DNA from: the human T2T-CHM13v2.0 reference genome, Homo sapiens
Assembly: GCF_009914755.1 (NCBI RefSeq)
Contig: NC_060930.1
Reading direction: 5' to 3' (one strand)
DNA: 64,000 nucleotides
Within the stretch, counting starts at the first letter, position 1. Each line of letters opens with the position of its first letter. The notes beneath the pieces were generated by a model, which was not told the DNA's origin, made no database searches, and saw only the letters and a program-made list of their open reading frames with translations. Of the stretch, positions 27,627 to 57,160 are shown piece by piece. Both the position numbers and the translations under genes were made by a program.

Positions 27627-29844
27627 TACAAAGTTTTTTAAATCCTTTCGTTTGACATGATTTTAGACTTTGTAAAAATTGTTTTTTGTTGAATGTATCA
27701 TTCTGTGGCTTGCTTTATCGTTTAATATGGTCTATGAGGTGAACCCACACACCCATAGAAACAGTTCATTTGTTTTCAGTGCTGGATAGTATTTATGAGA
27801 GGAATATCCCACAATTTATCTCTTCTCCTGTCAGCGACCTTTAGCTTGTTTCTGTTACAGACACTGCCACAATGAACATCCTGGGTCATCTCTCTCTGGT
27901 CCCCTGTGTGAGTTCCCCAAGATACGGATGTAGGAATGGGATTACTGTGCTTTTACCATGTGATGTTATAGGATGTCAAATTGTTCTCTGAAGAGGTTGT
28001 ATCAACTCCCCCCTTTAAAATCTTCTTTGATATTTTACAGGTCAAGTTATCTTCCTCCCCAACTAGCTGCTCCGCCTCAGTCCCCCTTCATTGGCTCCTT
28101 TTGCTGTAGATGCTGGAGCACTGTGGGGTTTTACTGCCTCCCAATCACTCTAGTGTCCTCCACTCCCAGGATTTTAAATATCGTCTAGACACAGATGGCT
28201 CCCAAATATATATCTCTACATATTTCTATAATCAAAAAACTAATGGTACCAAAACAGGTACTCTGATATATTGCAGATGGGCCTGCAAACTGGAAATGTT
28301 TTCAGGAAAGGCAGTACGGCAATTTCTGTCTAAATTAAAAATGCATACACCCAGTAGTCCCACTTCTAGAAATGTGTCCAAAAATACACCTGCATTCCTG
28401 AAAAATGACTGTATTCAGAATTATATGTTGCAACCCTGTTTGTAAAATCAAAAAGGAAAGAAGAAAGAAAATGAAAGATAAAAGAAAAAATAATCCAAAT
28501 ATCTGTCACTAGCGGACTAGTTAAAAAAGCATTGCAAGCTGGGCACAGTAGCATTCACCTGTGAATACACTCTACTCCACTCTGGGTAACATGAGGAGGC
28601 CTCCCTACCTTCCTAAGAAAACCCAAACAAGCACTGCATATCTACACGGCAGAGTCTACAAACATTTAACACAAAAGAAGAAAGACATAGGAAACTCTTG
28701 ATATTCCCTCATGGGATGGTCTCCATGATACATTGTTAAGAAGAAATAAAGCAAGGTGTAGAATAACATATAGAGTCTGCTAAAATTTGTGTGAAAAGGG
28801 ACAAAGAGATATATATACACATTTATATTTGCTTGCATATGCATAAAATATATTTGGAAGAATAAGCAAGAAGATATCCCTGGTTGCCTGTTGGGGATGA
28901 GACAGGGTAAGAAAGAGACATTTTACCTTTTGAACATTTTGAATTTTGAATTTTGAACTATATCAAGAAATAAAAGATAATTCCTAGGGCAACCAAATAA
29001 ACCCCAAAAAAATTCAAAATGAAAAACCTTTTAAAAACTAATAGAATTTTTTTACCTTTATTAAAATAAATTTTAAAAATTTTCTAAATATTATATTATT
29101 CCTTTAACAAGGAGGTTTACCGCCATTTTAATTCAGTACGTTGTTTTCTTTTTAATTGCATGATCTTTCTTTACATCTATCTTTTTTCCATTACAAGGTA
29201 AAATAACAGCATGATTAATTAAATGCAGTTTGTTTGGTGAAGGAAATTTTGTTCAAATCTTGGTCTAAGTGGGAAAGGGATTCTAGGGGATCCAGTGCAG
29301 CAGTTATGGGTTTCAGTATGCTCACGACGCCCTCTAGTGTTTGTGTGGGCTCATGGATGCCATATCTAGAAAACACTGGAATTCTCAAGCACACGTGACT
29401 GAAGCCATTTGCCAAATGTTCAAGGTCCTATTAATGGCCCATCTGAGTACTTGTCATACGCGGTCACCCTATCTTTGGATCAGAAGGTACACTCAGAGCT
29501 CCTAGTGTCACATCCCAGGCCCAACCTGCTGAGATTAGTCGAGGAAGGTCTGGAGGTCAGTGTCGTGAGGGGTGGGAAGACTGAGGGTGTGGGGGCCAGT
29601 TGTGGAGTGGCGGGAGCCCCAGGTGCTGTATGAAGCCGAGCCTCTGGATCACCCTGTGACCCCACATTTGGTCCCTTCCTGGGTGTCTTCCATTCCCAGG
29701 ACTCCCAGGAAATAAAATGCTGCAAGATTGGGGTGGGGAGCTGTCCAGGGTGGGTCAGGTGTGGTCTCACTGATCCTACACCTCTGCCTCCCAGCCCACT
29801 CCCAGCCCTCTTCTGATATTAGAAACCAACACAGATTGCCTTAG

Positions 29845-29990
29845 GGTGGTGGTTCTCAAAGTGTGGTCCTGGGGGAAGCAGCATTGGCATCACCTGGGAA
29901 CTTAGATATGCAATCTTCAGGGCCTGGCCTGGACCTACTGTATCAGAAACTCTGCATTTAACAAGCCCCCAGCAGAATTCTGCTTTTCAA
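29845..29990. mobile_element. MER5A-type hAT MITE, followed by (CT)n at ~29996-30029
   Basis: 'gtggttctcaaagtgtggtcc...gcagcattggcatcacctgggaac'. Confidence 0.75.
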
Positions 29991-29992
29991 AT

Positions 29993-30033
<41 letters not shown>

Positions 30034-30343
30034 CAAGTCTCAATATTGAGTAGCTGTGACTTCTGGATAGTCAGGTGTCAGACACCCTTTCTTGCCAGGA
30101 GGCACCAGGCTCCTCAATCAGCTTAGTCTCATTCTTGGCCTGGCCCAGGGAAAGATGTTCACTTCCTGGATTCTGAGCAAAGCTCTCCTATCCTGGGTGC
30201 CTGTGGGGCTCCCACTTACACCACAAAACAAAGCTCAAATAATATTTTTTCTTTTATGAGATTTTTGGTATTCCTTCATTAGTCAGAGCTGAAGATCTAC
30301 ATATATGTCTACCAAGCAAGTGTGCATGTCCCACTAGCCAGTT

Positions 30344-30912
30344 TGTTAGTCTTGCCAATGCACCACAACGTAGCAGCCTCTCAGTCTCTCCTTGTGAGGT
30401 GTTACCTGGAGTTCTTTGTCTCACCACCAAGAGAATTAAGGAGCGTGGATACAAAGGGTGAGGTTGGAGCAAAAGTTTAATAAGCAAAAGAAGAAAGCTC
30501 TCCCCCACGGAGAGGGGGCTTGGAAGATGGTTGCCATTTTTACAGCTGAATGTAAAGGCTTTTACAAGAAACTGATGAGGGCTGGGTGTCTCATTTGCAT
30601 AAGGCACAAATTTCCGGTAGCTCCACCCCATCCTCCTAGTGCCCATGCAGGCGCTTAGCTTGAGTTACTCCATATTGCTTTGTTTCCCTGACTGCCCATG
30701 TATCGGGGGACAGAATTTTCCATTGCGGGCATGTCTGGACAAGTCTCCTGTGCAGCCTTTCTTATTTGTGCAGCTGTGGGCATGTCTTAGGCAAGCCCCC
30801 CTGTGCAAGTTCCCTTCTCTGTGCCTGCAGGCCGTTCTTTTGTTTGAAATAATTCAACTGAGGACCCACCATAACTGCCCGCCTGACCAGTTTCTTCCTT
30901 TTTTCTCTCTCA
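30344..30912 (-). mobile_element. ERV1-class solo LTR (MER61-like)
   Basis: TG...CA termini; minus-strand start TGAGAGAGAAAAAAGGAAGAAACTGGTCAGGC; 4-bp near-TSD agtt/attt. Confidence 0.7.
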
Positions 30913-33114
30913 ATTTGTGTTATAATTTCCTTACTGATCTCTGCCTGAGCAAGACTGGGCATGCCTTGAGGGCAAGGAGGGTTTATTTCCTCTTACCTCA
31001 GTCCCAGCTCCTCTTAAAACAACGCCCCGCGCACAGTAGGTATTTGATAAATGTTTACCAAATGAAGGGATTGCCTGCAGTGGCTTGGCAGACAGGAAAG
31101 CAGAATGAAAACCCACAGGCCAAAAGTGGCTGGGAAAAGATTTTCCAAATCCTAGTGCTGGGCACAGGGCCCACTGAAATTCACTTTCGGAACCTTCCCA
31201 TCTGTCTCGTTCTCCTCTCATCAGGATAGAGCCCACCTAGTCACACACTACCTTTCAGGACCACCTTCCAGATCAGCCAGGTACAAATCCCACCGACTTC
31301 CTGCCTGTGGCTCCAAATGCTCAGCTGAAATTCTGAGGCTAATTTCAGTGGAGTTAGAGGCTTATCCCTTAGGAGTGGCAATGGCTGGCTTTAAGATTCG
31401 AGAAGTAGTGTTTACATCTCAAAAGAGAAGACTGCTCCACCAGAAATGCAGAGTTTTGGTATATGCAGGTCCGGGGTCTTCAGGAGATAAAGAATGATAG
31501 CTCCAGGAGCGCTGGGACCCCCGTGCAGCCACCAGTCACCACAGCCTAGGCAGGGGTTGGGCTCTCACCTCGGCCCCTCCTCTGCACGCCCTGGATGTGG
31601 ATGGTCCCCGAGTGTGAACTCGCCTGGGCTCTGACCCTGGGTGCTCTTCCCGCCGTTGTGGAGCCTCTGCGGGTGTGGTGCATGCACAGGGGGCTTCACA
31701 GGAGACCCGGGGCCCTTTAGAGTCTCAAGGTCAACATTCTTGGAGAATCCATGTCAGGCATTCAGGCTCTCAGGGACTCAGATGCCCAAACTATGAAAAT
31801 GAGGGAATCTATCCCACTCTCTCAGGTGTGGTGAGATTCCTATTATATGACTATCGGTCATCTATACATGGATTGTACTCTCAGAGTTGCCTTTATCAGT
31901 CGGCCAATGCCTAAAACCCAAAGATGGGTCAGGCATGGTGGAGGAAGAGTTCCTTTCTTACCTTCTGAAGGTGCCATCAACAGGAATTTCTACCCTGTGG
32001 AGTCTAGAGGAGACTTTCCTTGAAGCTGAGTTGGGAATGGACATTTGGACTTTTTTTTTTTAAGAGTTAGTAACTCCGTGGAGAACCACACATTTATTTG
32101 CTTACTTTAATTCTACAGCAACATTCGAGGTGGCTTACTGCAACAAACCCAGTGTAATAAATACATACGAATTACTTTAAAATCAACACCAAGGAAAATA
32201 TACATTTTAAAAGATTAAGGCTGGGGTAAAGCTGGAACATTACTAGGCGGGAAGGAACATCTGAAACATTTGCTGAAATGGAGTTGACCCTTTACCTAGC
32301 CATAGATTTGTTGCCTCACAATTTCATTGCATCTGAGCACCAGGGAGGGGGGTGGCAGTTCAGGTCACCAGTCCCTTGTTTCCTGATTCAGGATCAGTGT
32401 CCTGTTCTACACTTACAGTCAAAGCAAATTACATCGTTGTAAGATGTTTAATGATGAAGTCAAAGTCCACAGAGTCAGCAAGTAAGTGTAAAAACCTCAG
32501 GAGTCCAAGGACAGTCTACGTTTCTCCCCAGAAATGGCTTCACTATGCACTGTTGAAGGGAGAGGGTCCTTTCAAGGGGCCCCAAGATGCAGGAGCAATT
32601 GGGCTGCAGCTCTAAATAAAGATGTCCTTTCTACCTGCAGATTCCACAAAACCTCACAGGCAAATTTGGTGATCTCACCTGAGCTAGGAATTCGATTTTT
32701 TGATATTGGTTCTCTTTGAGCCATTGTGTGAGCTTTAAAATGTGACATGGAGATTTTGCTATACTGGTATTTCCTTGCTGGAATTTGACATCCACAGTGG
32801 CTCTGGCTTCCCTGTCTGGTCCCAGGAGGAAATGGAGTGTCCTACACTTTTTTTCAGCATCGCTTTGTGTAAGAAGGATCAGGAGACTTGGAGTCAGGGG
32901 CTCCTCCAATCTCACTCTCCTTCATAAAACAGTGTCCCTTAAGCTTTCTGGGGGTGAGGGCCTTGACACCGTGCTGTTCTGATGAATATAATTGTCCCAG
33001 CTCCCGAAATAAAAGCACAGGTGCACAAAATACCGACTGTTGCAAGCAATGCCAAGGTGGGGATGTTTCCTAGGTGCCAGGTTTAGCACTTTGACTTTGT
33101 ATGTACACACACAG

Positions 33115-33233
33115 GGGCCAGGCGTTGTGGTTTATGCCCGTAATCTCAGCACTTTGGGAGGCTGAGGCATGAGAATTGCTTGAAGCCAGAAGTTCAAGAC
33201 CAGCATGAGTAACAAAGCAAGACCCAGTCTCTA

Positions 33234-33266
<33 letters not shown>

Positions 33267-33268
33267 AA

Positions 33269-33302
<34 letters not shown>

Positions 33303-33460
33303 GGTGTGGTGGCTCCACTCTGTAGTCCCAGCTACTCGAGAAGCTGAGGTGGGAGGATTGCCTGAATCCAGGAGTTGGAGCCTGCAATGAGCTGTGATCG
33401 GGACACTGCTCTAGCTTAGTGAGACCCTGTCTCAAAAACAAACAAACAAAACAAAACAAA
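33115..33460 (+). mobile_element. AluJ with (CA)n expansion in the middle A-rich linker
   Basis: Two Alu arms separated by A-rich sequence and (CA)n ~33271-33300. Confidence 0.85.
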
Positions 33461-34150
33461 ATACATACACACACACAGCCAGAGCCAGCACTGAGGGAGA
33501 GGCTGGTCTCAGGGGTGGGGTCACAGGCATTTCTCAGGTCCCTCTCAGTGGTCTTTGTCTCTTTTTCCTGGAGGTGGAGGAGTCTGTACTTCATGAGGAG
33601 AAGTCCTCTGAAGAAGGCGGGAGATACTCAGGAGCGGGGTCCAGAGAGGGAAAAGGATGAGGAAGTGGAGACAAAGTGGAGGGGGCAGGGCAAGAAGGGC
33701 ACATGTGAGGAATGGGGAGGGGGAGGACCTTCCAGCTGTCAGAAAGGTCCCACGCAGAATTTGGCTCTTGGTTTTTCTGCTTTATCAGGATGGATTTGGG
33801 AAACCAGCCAGAGTGGGAGATAAGGAGTCTACTTTGCAAAGGACACGTGTGAGTCTCCTCCTAGTTTGAACTCATGAGTAGCAGCTGACAGCCAGGACCC
33901 TTGTGTGGGGCGCGTGACGCCCCTTTGCAACCAGGGCGTTTTCTGCACCCCACCAGCCATCCCTCCTGGGACCACGCTGGTTCCCTCCAACCCTAACAGG
34001 GAGAGAAGGAAGGAGAGGTCTGGAGGCTTTGGGTCCTCCCTCGTGCTCCTTCTTCCTCTGCCATTTATTCCCTGAGTGTCCTTGACTTTCCTCCGCTACC
34101 CGGACCCCACTACAGCAAAGCACATCCTGCACACTGGCCTGGACTCCCTT

Positions 34151-35152
<1,002 letters not shown>

Positions 35153-35711
35153 CCTTGGCTTCAGCCCCACCCATGCAGTAACACTGTGCCCTGTCCTTCC
35201 AACCACTGCCACTAGGTGAAAGCAGAGAGAGCATCGCCCAGATGGGCTAGATTCTCACAGGCTCACTGCTAGAACGAACATTCTTGAGACTTTAGATCTA
35301 AGTCAGCCTGATTTCTGAAAGCCTTGGACCGTTTCCAAAATCAAATCAATACTCCAGGAACAAGATCTGCCTCGACTTTGTCTCCACCCAAGGACGCTAT
35401 GGCAACGCAGTTTTCAAACGTGCTTTGAGAATAAATGGAACAGGGTCCCCTGTGTCCCCACTCATTTGCGTTTTCCTTTTTATTACAGCCAACCGCTTTT
35501 GTAAATATTGTTACATATCTCTCTATTCCACTGAAAACATCTCTTTCAAATGCACTTTAAGAAAGATTCAATGACATGAAAATATGAAGGATCCTCTTGA
35601 AAGAGTTTCTGGTGCTGGGTTTTAAAGAACGTTTTGGTTTTTAAAACTCTGTAACCATTTTGGTGTGGGGCTTAGCTTCGTATTTTCAAATTGAAATATT
35701 CTCTTCCTTAA

Positions 35712-35969
<258 letters not shown>

Positions 35970-36062
35970 TGAAAGTCACAAAGTTATCCCAGTCTCTGAA
36001 GTCACTGTCAAAACTTTGGTGAGGAATCTTCCAGGTTTTCCCCTACTTAAAATATATATTAA

Positions 36063-36357
<295 letters not shown>

Positions 36358-36949
36358 TAACCTTTTAAAAAAGGTTAAAAGTATGCTGGGCACTTCTTTT
36401 CATAGCAATACTTAAAAGCGATCTTACTCTTTTTAATGACTGTATAGAATTTTATAATATAACTCTTCTTTGGGAGACAATTGAAATGTTCTTTATCTTC
36501 ACTGTGGTAGTGGAGATGTGGGTGTGTACAACAGCTAAAATTCAACAAGTTGAACACTTTAAATAGATGCAGTTTATTGCATGCAAAGTATGTCCCAATA
36601 TGATGATTTAAAAATATTATCGTCTTTGAGATTTGTACTTTGCTTATGTGAAACAAAACAAAACAAAAACCCTGTTCTTGTGCCCAGGAGACACACCCTG
36701 ACTCATCTGGAGGTAGAGGGTCATGCTGTCTGCAACTTACCCTCACAGGCTCTGAAATAACAATAATAGCAGTATATTTACAGATTCAGAAAGAGAGAAA
36801 GCTATAGTAAAAATGTTCATAAGTAAAACTAGATAAAGGTCAAAAATAAATAATAAAACTACGTCTTTTAAATTTTATCTCTCCTTTACTTTTTCTCTCC
36901 CCTTTTCTTCCTATCTCTTCCCTCCTTTCTTAACACGTTCCCCTATCCT

Positions 36950-38100
<1,151 letters not shown>

Positions 38101-38816
38101 AAGGCAAGTGCTGAGGGAGAAAACATAGTTGATGGGGCAGAGCAGAGGGGGCTGGAGGTGGGGTGGAGGGGGAGGGCTTTGAACAGAAGACCTGGGAGGC
38201 TTGGTGGGGGAGGGGACCCAGGCCTCGGCGCTGAGAAGCAACTCCCCTGGAGCTCAAGACCTTCTTGGCCTCCCCTAGCCCAGGGGAGGACTGGCTTCAT
38301 GTCTCCCTGAAACCGCTTCTAAATGCCTTAGAACAAACCTTAAATATTCATTATTATTATTGAACTATTAAAAGTCTTTTTTGGAGGCGAGCTGAATGAG
38401 ACCCTTTGCTGGAGCTGGCACACGGAGGAAGTCCTGGAGGGAGGGTAGACACCGTGGAGGGAAGGGCTTGGGACCTGTGTCAGGAGAGCTGGGTCCATCT
38501 CCCTCTCTGTCTCAAACTATGCTTATGATCTTTAGCAGTGAAAATAATCTCTCTAAGGTGGGGACAGGACCCCAGTCCCTGCTGTGCTTAATAAATTATG
38601 AGGATCAAAATAAATTATCAGTGAATGTGTATGGGAAGACTAAGAAATTGTTAAAGTTCTCGAATACATTACATTTTCATCCACAGAAAAGTGTAGGCTA
38701 GGGATGATAGGGGAATAGTTAGTAATGACAGGGATAGTTGAACTTAAAAAAAAAGGTTGTGAGGCCAACAAAAAAGAAATGGACACAGTTCCTGATCCTG
38801 GAGGGTTCATAGTCTA

Positions 38817-39035
<219 letters not shown>

Positions 39036-39350
39036 TCAAGACAGGGCACAGTCGGTACCATCAGGAAGGTTCAAACCATGGGCTAGATCAGTAGTTCTAA
39101 AACTTGACTACACATCGGAATCACGCAGGGAACTTTAAAAGATACTAAGGTTTAGGTCCAACCTAGGTTTACTGATTTAACTGGTTGTGGCTGTGGCCTG
39201 GGAACATGGATATTAAAAACTCTCCAGGTGGTTCTACGCAGTGGCTAGGTTTGAAGACCACTGCCTAGATGTCCCAATGACTAAGAATGTGCGCTGGGGA
39301 CAAGCCAATTCTCTTAGTAGAGGCTTTCCAGACAGAATTCTTATTATTGA

Positions 39351-39775
<425 letters not shown>

Positions 39776-39798
39776 CCTTTTTCCTTTTTTTTTTTTTT

Positions 39799-39899
39799 AA
39801 AGGCTAGTCAAGTGAAACAGTGGGAGTGAAGATGAAACAAAAACATCTATAACTGGTTGTGATCAATTAGTTGTAAACACCACTGCACTCAGACCAGCC
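39799..39899 (-). pseudogene. Y3 RNA (RNY3) retropseudogene
   Basis: Minus strand GGCTGGTCTGAGTGCAGTGGTGTTTACAACTAATTGATCACAACCAGTTA...CACTTGACTAGCCTTT; poly(A); 16-bp TSD 39451-39466 / 39900-39915. Confidence 0.93.
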
Positions 39900-41079
39900 T
39901 AATTGGGAAGATTTTGAGGATATGCTGTGGTCTGATGGGTTCCAAGGCAGAGGTGACAGTAACCTGGAAGAGGGAGACTGCTTAGGCAGTGGCATCCTGG
40001 TGGGATAGGGTGAGGAGATCCCAGAGCCCACGTTTACTGCAACCCTGGGGAAATGTCACCAGAGAAATGGGGGTGGTGCCAGACAATAGATTGTGGGAGC
40101 TATGGTTTCCATGGTAGAGTAGAAGCATCTACCATGTGTGACATTCAGCAGATGGGGCGCTGTGGGTGGCTTGGAGCACTCTGGTTGTAACTGAGGCAGG
40201 CACAGTGTTTAGGAAGCCTGTGCAGTAATCCAGACTGAAGGGAGGGGAAAGCCTAGACTAAGACTATGGCTGTGGGATTGAAATAGCGTTGAAGGAGCTG
40301 ACTTTGACTCCCGGAGATGAAGGGGAAAGAGGAAATCAGAAGGGACCAAGGATGGTGAAGTTCTTAAGAGAAACTGAGGAGGAAGAGAGGATGATGTGGT
40401 GGGAGACGTGTAGAGAGTCCTTGTAGATCTGTCACATTGAAGGGGACTATGGTCCCAGAGGTACAGATGTCCTAAAACAGGCTGGAAAAGGGAGTCTGGA
40501 GAGAGCTTGGTGTTGTAATGAACCATGGGGAGCCGCCTCGTTGGCCCTGTGATTACCCAGGAACTGAATAGAGAGGGGGCCCTGGGAGACCTCAGACACT
40601 TAGAGGATATAAGGGGGTGAAAGGGGGGACCTGGCTTTGAGTCGAAGGGAGGAGAAGGAGATTATATAGCTGAAACGTCTAAGAGAATTTGTGATCTGAG
40701 CGTTTCTACTGGGGCAAGTGCTTCTGAAAGGCAGAGGCGGCTGAGATCTGGAAACAGGTCTGCAAATCTGGTCACTGGTCTCATTGCAGTAACGCTGTGC
40801 GCGGTTGAGGGAGTGTATTGGCAGAAAAACCACGCGTTGTCTGTCCCGGAAGGAACAAGCCAGTGAGAGCCGGCCTGATGGGAGGACCGCCGAAAGGGGC
40901 TTGGTGAAGCCCGCGCTCCTTGGGGGTGGGAATGCGGGGATGGGGTGGTCGCGATGCAGGGAGGGCGACAGGGTCCAGGTCGTGCTCATAAGTTTGGAGC
41001 TGTACTCTCAGCTACTCGGGGCTGGTCCTTGATTTTGGCTGCGCTCGCGCACGCTCCCCCTTTTCTGGCCGCCAGGTCC

Positions 41080-41300
41080 CGCCTTCTAAATTTCCCCAGG
41101 TCTCCAGGCCGCTAGAATTTTCTCTTCTGAACGTGGCCCCGCCCTCTCCACTCATGATTGGCCAAGTTCCGGGCCTCAGTTTTCACTGGATAAGCGGTCG
41201 CTGAGCGGGGCGCAGGTGACTAAATTTCGACGGGGTCTTCTCACCGGTTTCATTCAGTTGGCCACTGCTGAGCAGCTGAGAAGGTGGCGACGTAGGGGCC
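41080..41300 (+). promoter_or_regulatory. MICB core promoter in a CpG island
   Basis: kappaB-like AAATTTCCCC 41088-41097; heat-shock element core GAAttTTC 41115-41122; GC box CCCCGCCC 41137-41144; inverted CCAAT ATTGG 41157-41161. Confidence 0.85.
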
Positions 41301-53011
<11,711 letters not shown>

Positions 53012-53044
53012 ACTCTACAGCCAGGCGGCCAGGATTCAACTCCC

Positions 53045-53067
53045 TGCCTGGATCTCACCAGCACTTT
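53045..53067 (+). promoter_or_regulatory. miRNA target hotspot in the MICB 3' UTR (HCMV miR-UL112; miR-17/20/93/106 and miR-372/373/520 seed families)
   Basis: TGCCTGGATCTCACCAGCACTTT versus recalled miR-UL112 reverse complement AGCCTGGATCTCACCGTCACTT; contains AGCACTT and GCACTTT. Confidence 0.85.
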
Positions 53068-53169
53068 CCCTCTGTTTCCTGACCTATGAAACAGAAAATA
53101 ACATCACTTATTTATTGTTGTTGGATGCTGCAAAGTGTTAGTAGGTATGAGGTGTTTGCTGCTCTGCCA

Positions 53170-53945
<776 letters not shown>

Positions 53946-55130
53946 TATTTTATTATATTGTAATATATTTTATTATATTAGCCACCATGCCTGTCCTATT
54001 TTCTTATGTTTTAATATATTTTAATATATTACATGTGCAGTAATTAGATTATCATGGGTGAACTTTATGAGTGAGTATCTTGGTGATGACTCCTCCTGAC
54101 CAGCCCAGGACCAGCTTTCTTGTCACCTTGAGGTCCCCTCGCCCCGTCACACCGTTATGCATTACTCTGTGTCTACTATTATGTGTGCATAATTTATACC
54201 GTAAATGTTTACTCTTTAAATAGACATTTCTGGTCTGTGTTTTATTTCATGCGTCTGGGAGCGGATAAAGTGTGAGGTTCAGGGAGAAGGAGAGGTCTGT
54301 CTCAATGCTTTGACCCAGCATCAAAGCAATCTCCCCTCCTTGTTCCCTTTCCCTGCTAGTTCCCAATGACTGACAGATTCACAGCAGAACAGAAAGGACT
54401 GGGAAGGGATGGAGGTGGGACATCTGGCGCCAATATTCAGGGGCTGACCCTGTGAGGGAACATCTGCCCTGAAGAGTTGGAGCCTTCATGTGATGACACA
54501 GAGATCTCTGTCACTGTATTCAGGGAAAGGATCAAGCCTCACTCCCCATGCAGGGAGGAGGTTCTGGCTGTGATCCGGCCTGTGGGAGAAGTGAGGACCC
54601 GCTCCCTCTACAGTGACAGCCAAGAACCTGCAGGTGACAGAGAAGGCTTCCCCTCAACTGTCTCCTATCAGGTTCTTCCAGGCATCAAGGAATAGACCTG
54701 GGACATTGCCTCCAGTGACATGAACACACCCAGAAGTGAGGTGGCCCTGCCAGGGGGTCCTGGTGCTGCCACTTGTTTTGGGAGCTCAGTGTCTGGAGAG
54801 GGGTGTGGAGAGTAGGCTTTCTGCAAAACAGTAATCATGACCTATAAATTATTTTATTCTTCATTAGCTTTTTGCCATAAAATAAAACAGGTACCCAAAA
54901 AGAAAAACTGTCTGAAAATGTTGCCCTTTAATAATAATAATAAATAATAATAATAAAAGATAAACACCCTTTAACCACCAGAGATATAGAAGTTTGTCAG
55001 CCAGCCCAGAAACCATCATTTGCCCCAGCTCAGTGATAAAGGCTTCCCTTCCCCACATAAAATCACAGCCTGACCTTTATGATGATTGCTTCTTTGTTCT
55101 ATTTTATATTTTCATCCTCTGAAATTGTAG

Positions 55131-55468
<338 letters not shown>

Positions 55469-55863
55469 TGTTCTCTTTTTTTCTCTATGCTCCTCCTTGA
55501 AATTTTATTGTCTGGCTGAGTTTTCCATAGTTTGCATTTTGCTGGCTCCACCCCAAGGCATAGTTTAATATGGACCTGTTTTATCTGTACTTTCTACAAA
55601 TTGGTAGTTGGCTACAGAGATTTGCTTATAGACTGACTTGATTTTCTTCTTGAATACTTCATTTATGGCACTCCATTGTATTCTTCCATCAGGAGGAAGA
55701 ACTTAGTACTGGTTATTTACTTCTACTCTACTTTTAATTGCCATTGCTTTTCAATGGCTAAATCTGTTAATTCGTTATGGGTTGCAAAAGAATTATAGTC
55801 TCAGTCTCTCATTCCTTCCCCATTCACTAGCTGAATAATTTCTAAAATAAGAGATTTACCCTT

Positions 55864-56165
<302 letters not shown>

Positions 56166-56789
56166 GTGGAGCACTTGACGGCCATGGGAGAGAATCGGTT
56201 ATGACCACACACAGCAAGATGATGAGCCCAACAAAGATGATGAGCCCGACTACATGAAAACAACTTCTAATTTCATTCAATCAGAACCAACAGAACTCAT
56301 CTACAGTGTTAAAAATCAAGACAGTGGCTACTCTAGGGTGGGGGAGGCTGGTTTATGACTCAACGGTGTTTCTTGGAGGGTGAAAATGATGTTGCTTGAT
56401 GAAGGTGTTGTTTATCTGAGTTTTTACTTAGGCAAAACCCACTGCCCACCTGTGATTTGTCCACCTTTCTACATGCATGTTGTCCTTCATTCAAGTTTAC
56501 ATTTCTGGTGTTTTGAAACAATTCTCTCTAAGCTAATATAGAATTTCTCCTACTCCAAGTCCTTAGAAATGCTGCATTGAAAATACCAGTGAATTTTTTT
56601 TTAATTCCAGGAAATAAATGCCCATGACTCAGATATAAAAAGGAGAATCTACAAGAGCAGTAGGCTTGGGAGCTGACACCAGAACAGCTTTGGAAAGGGC
56701 TGTCGAGCCAGGAACTAGGAATCAAAACCCAAACAAGACCACAGGAGGTAGAGGGTAGAAATTATGCCCCAGTAGTGCATGAATGAATG

Positions 56790-57160
56790 AATCAAGGGCA
56801 GTGACTCATGGGTTGCCTGGCCAGTCTGGAACTTGGGGAAAATAAAGTTGTAAAATTGGGGGATGGAAGAGAGAAGTGTGCACTGACCACTTTCCATGGG
56901 AAGAGCATGTGAAGATAGAGGTTGCATATGGATGCCTGCCAGAGGGTCTCCAAGGGGCTGGGGCTCCCTGTAACCAGGTGAGCGAGATGGCTTGATGGAT
57001 GATGCCACTCAGCCGCACAAGGCTTGCTCATGAGTCCCTGCACAAAGTGGCCGTGGTGGCTGGGATGGACACTGCATGGACAGAGCAATTGAGTCACCAC
57101 TCACCAAGGCTGACCTGGCAGCTGCCACTGCTGAGGACCCAGCCTGCCAAAAGCAGCTGT
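56790..57160 (+). mobile_element. ERVL internal fragment (RNase H to integrase zinc finger)
   Basis: Degenerate 'AHE..SGRGGWDG..W...PLTKADLAAATAEDPACQKQ'. Confidence 0.7.

Noticed and set aside
30639-31229. 196-aa ORF
   Set aside because: Runs antisense through an LTR and into an L2 end; no domain or splice context.
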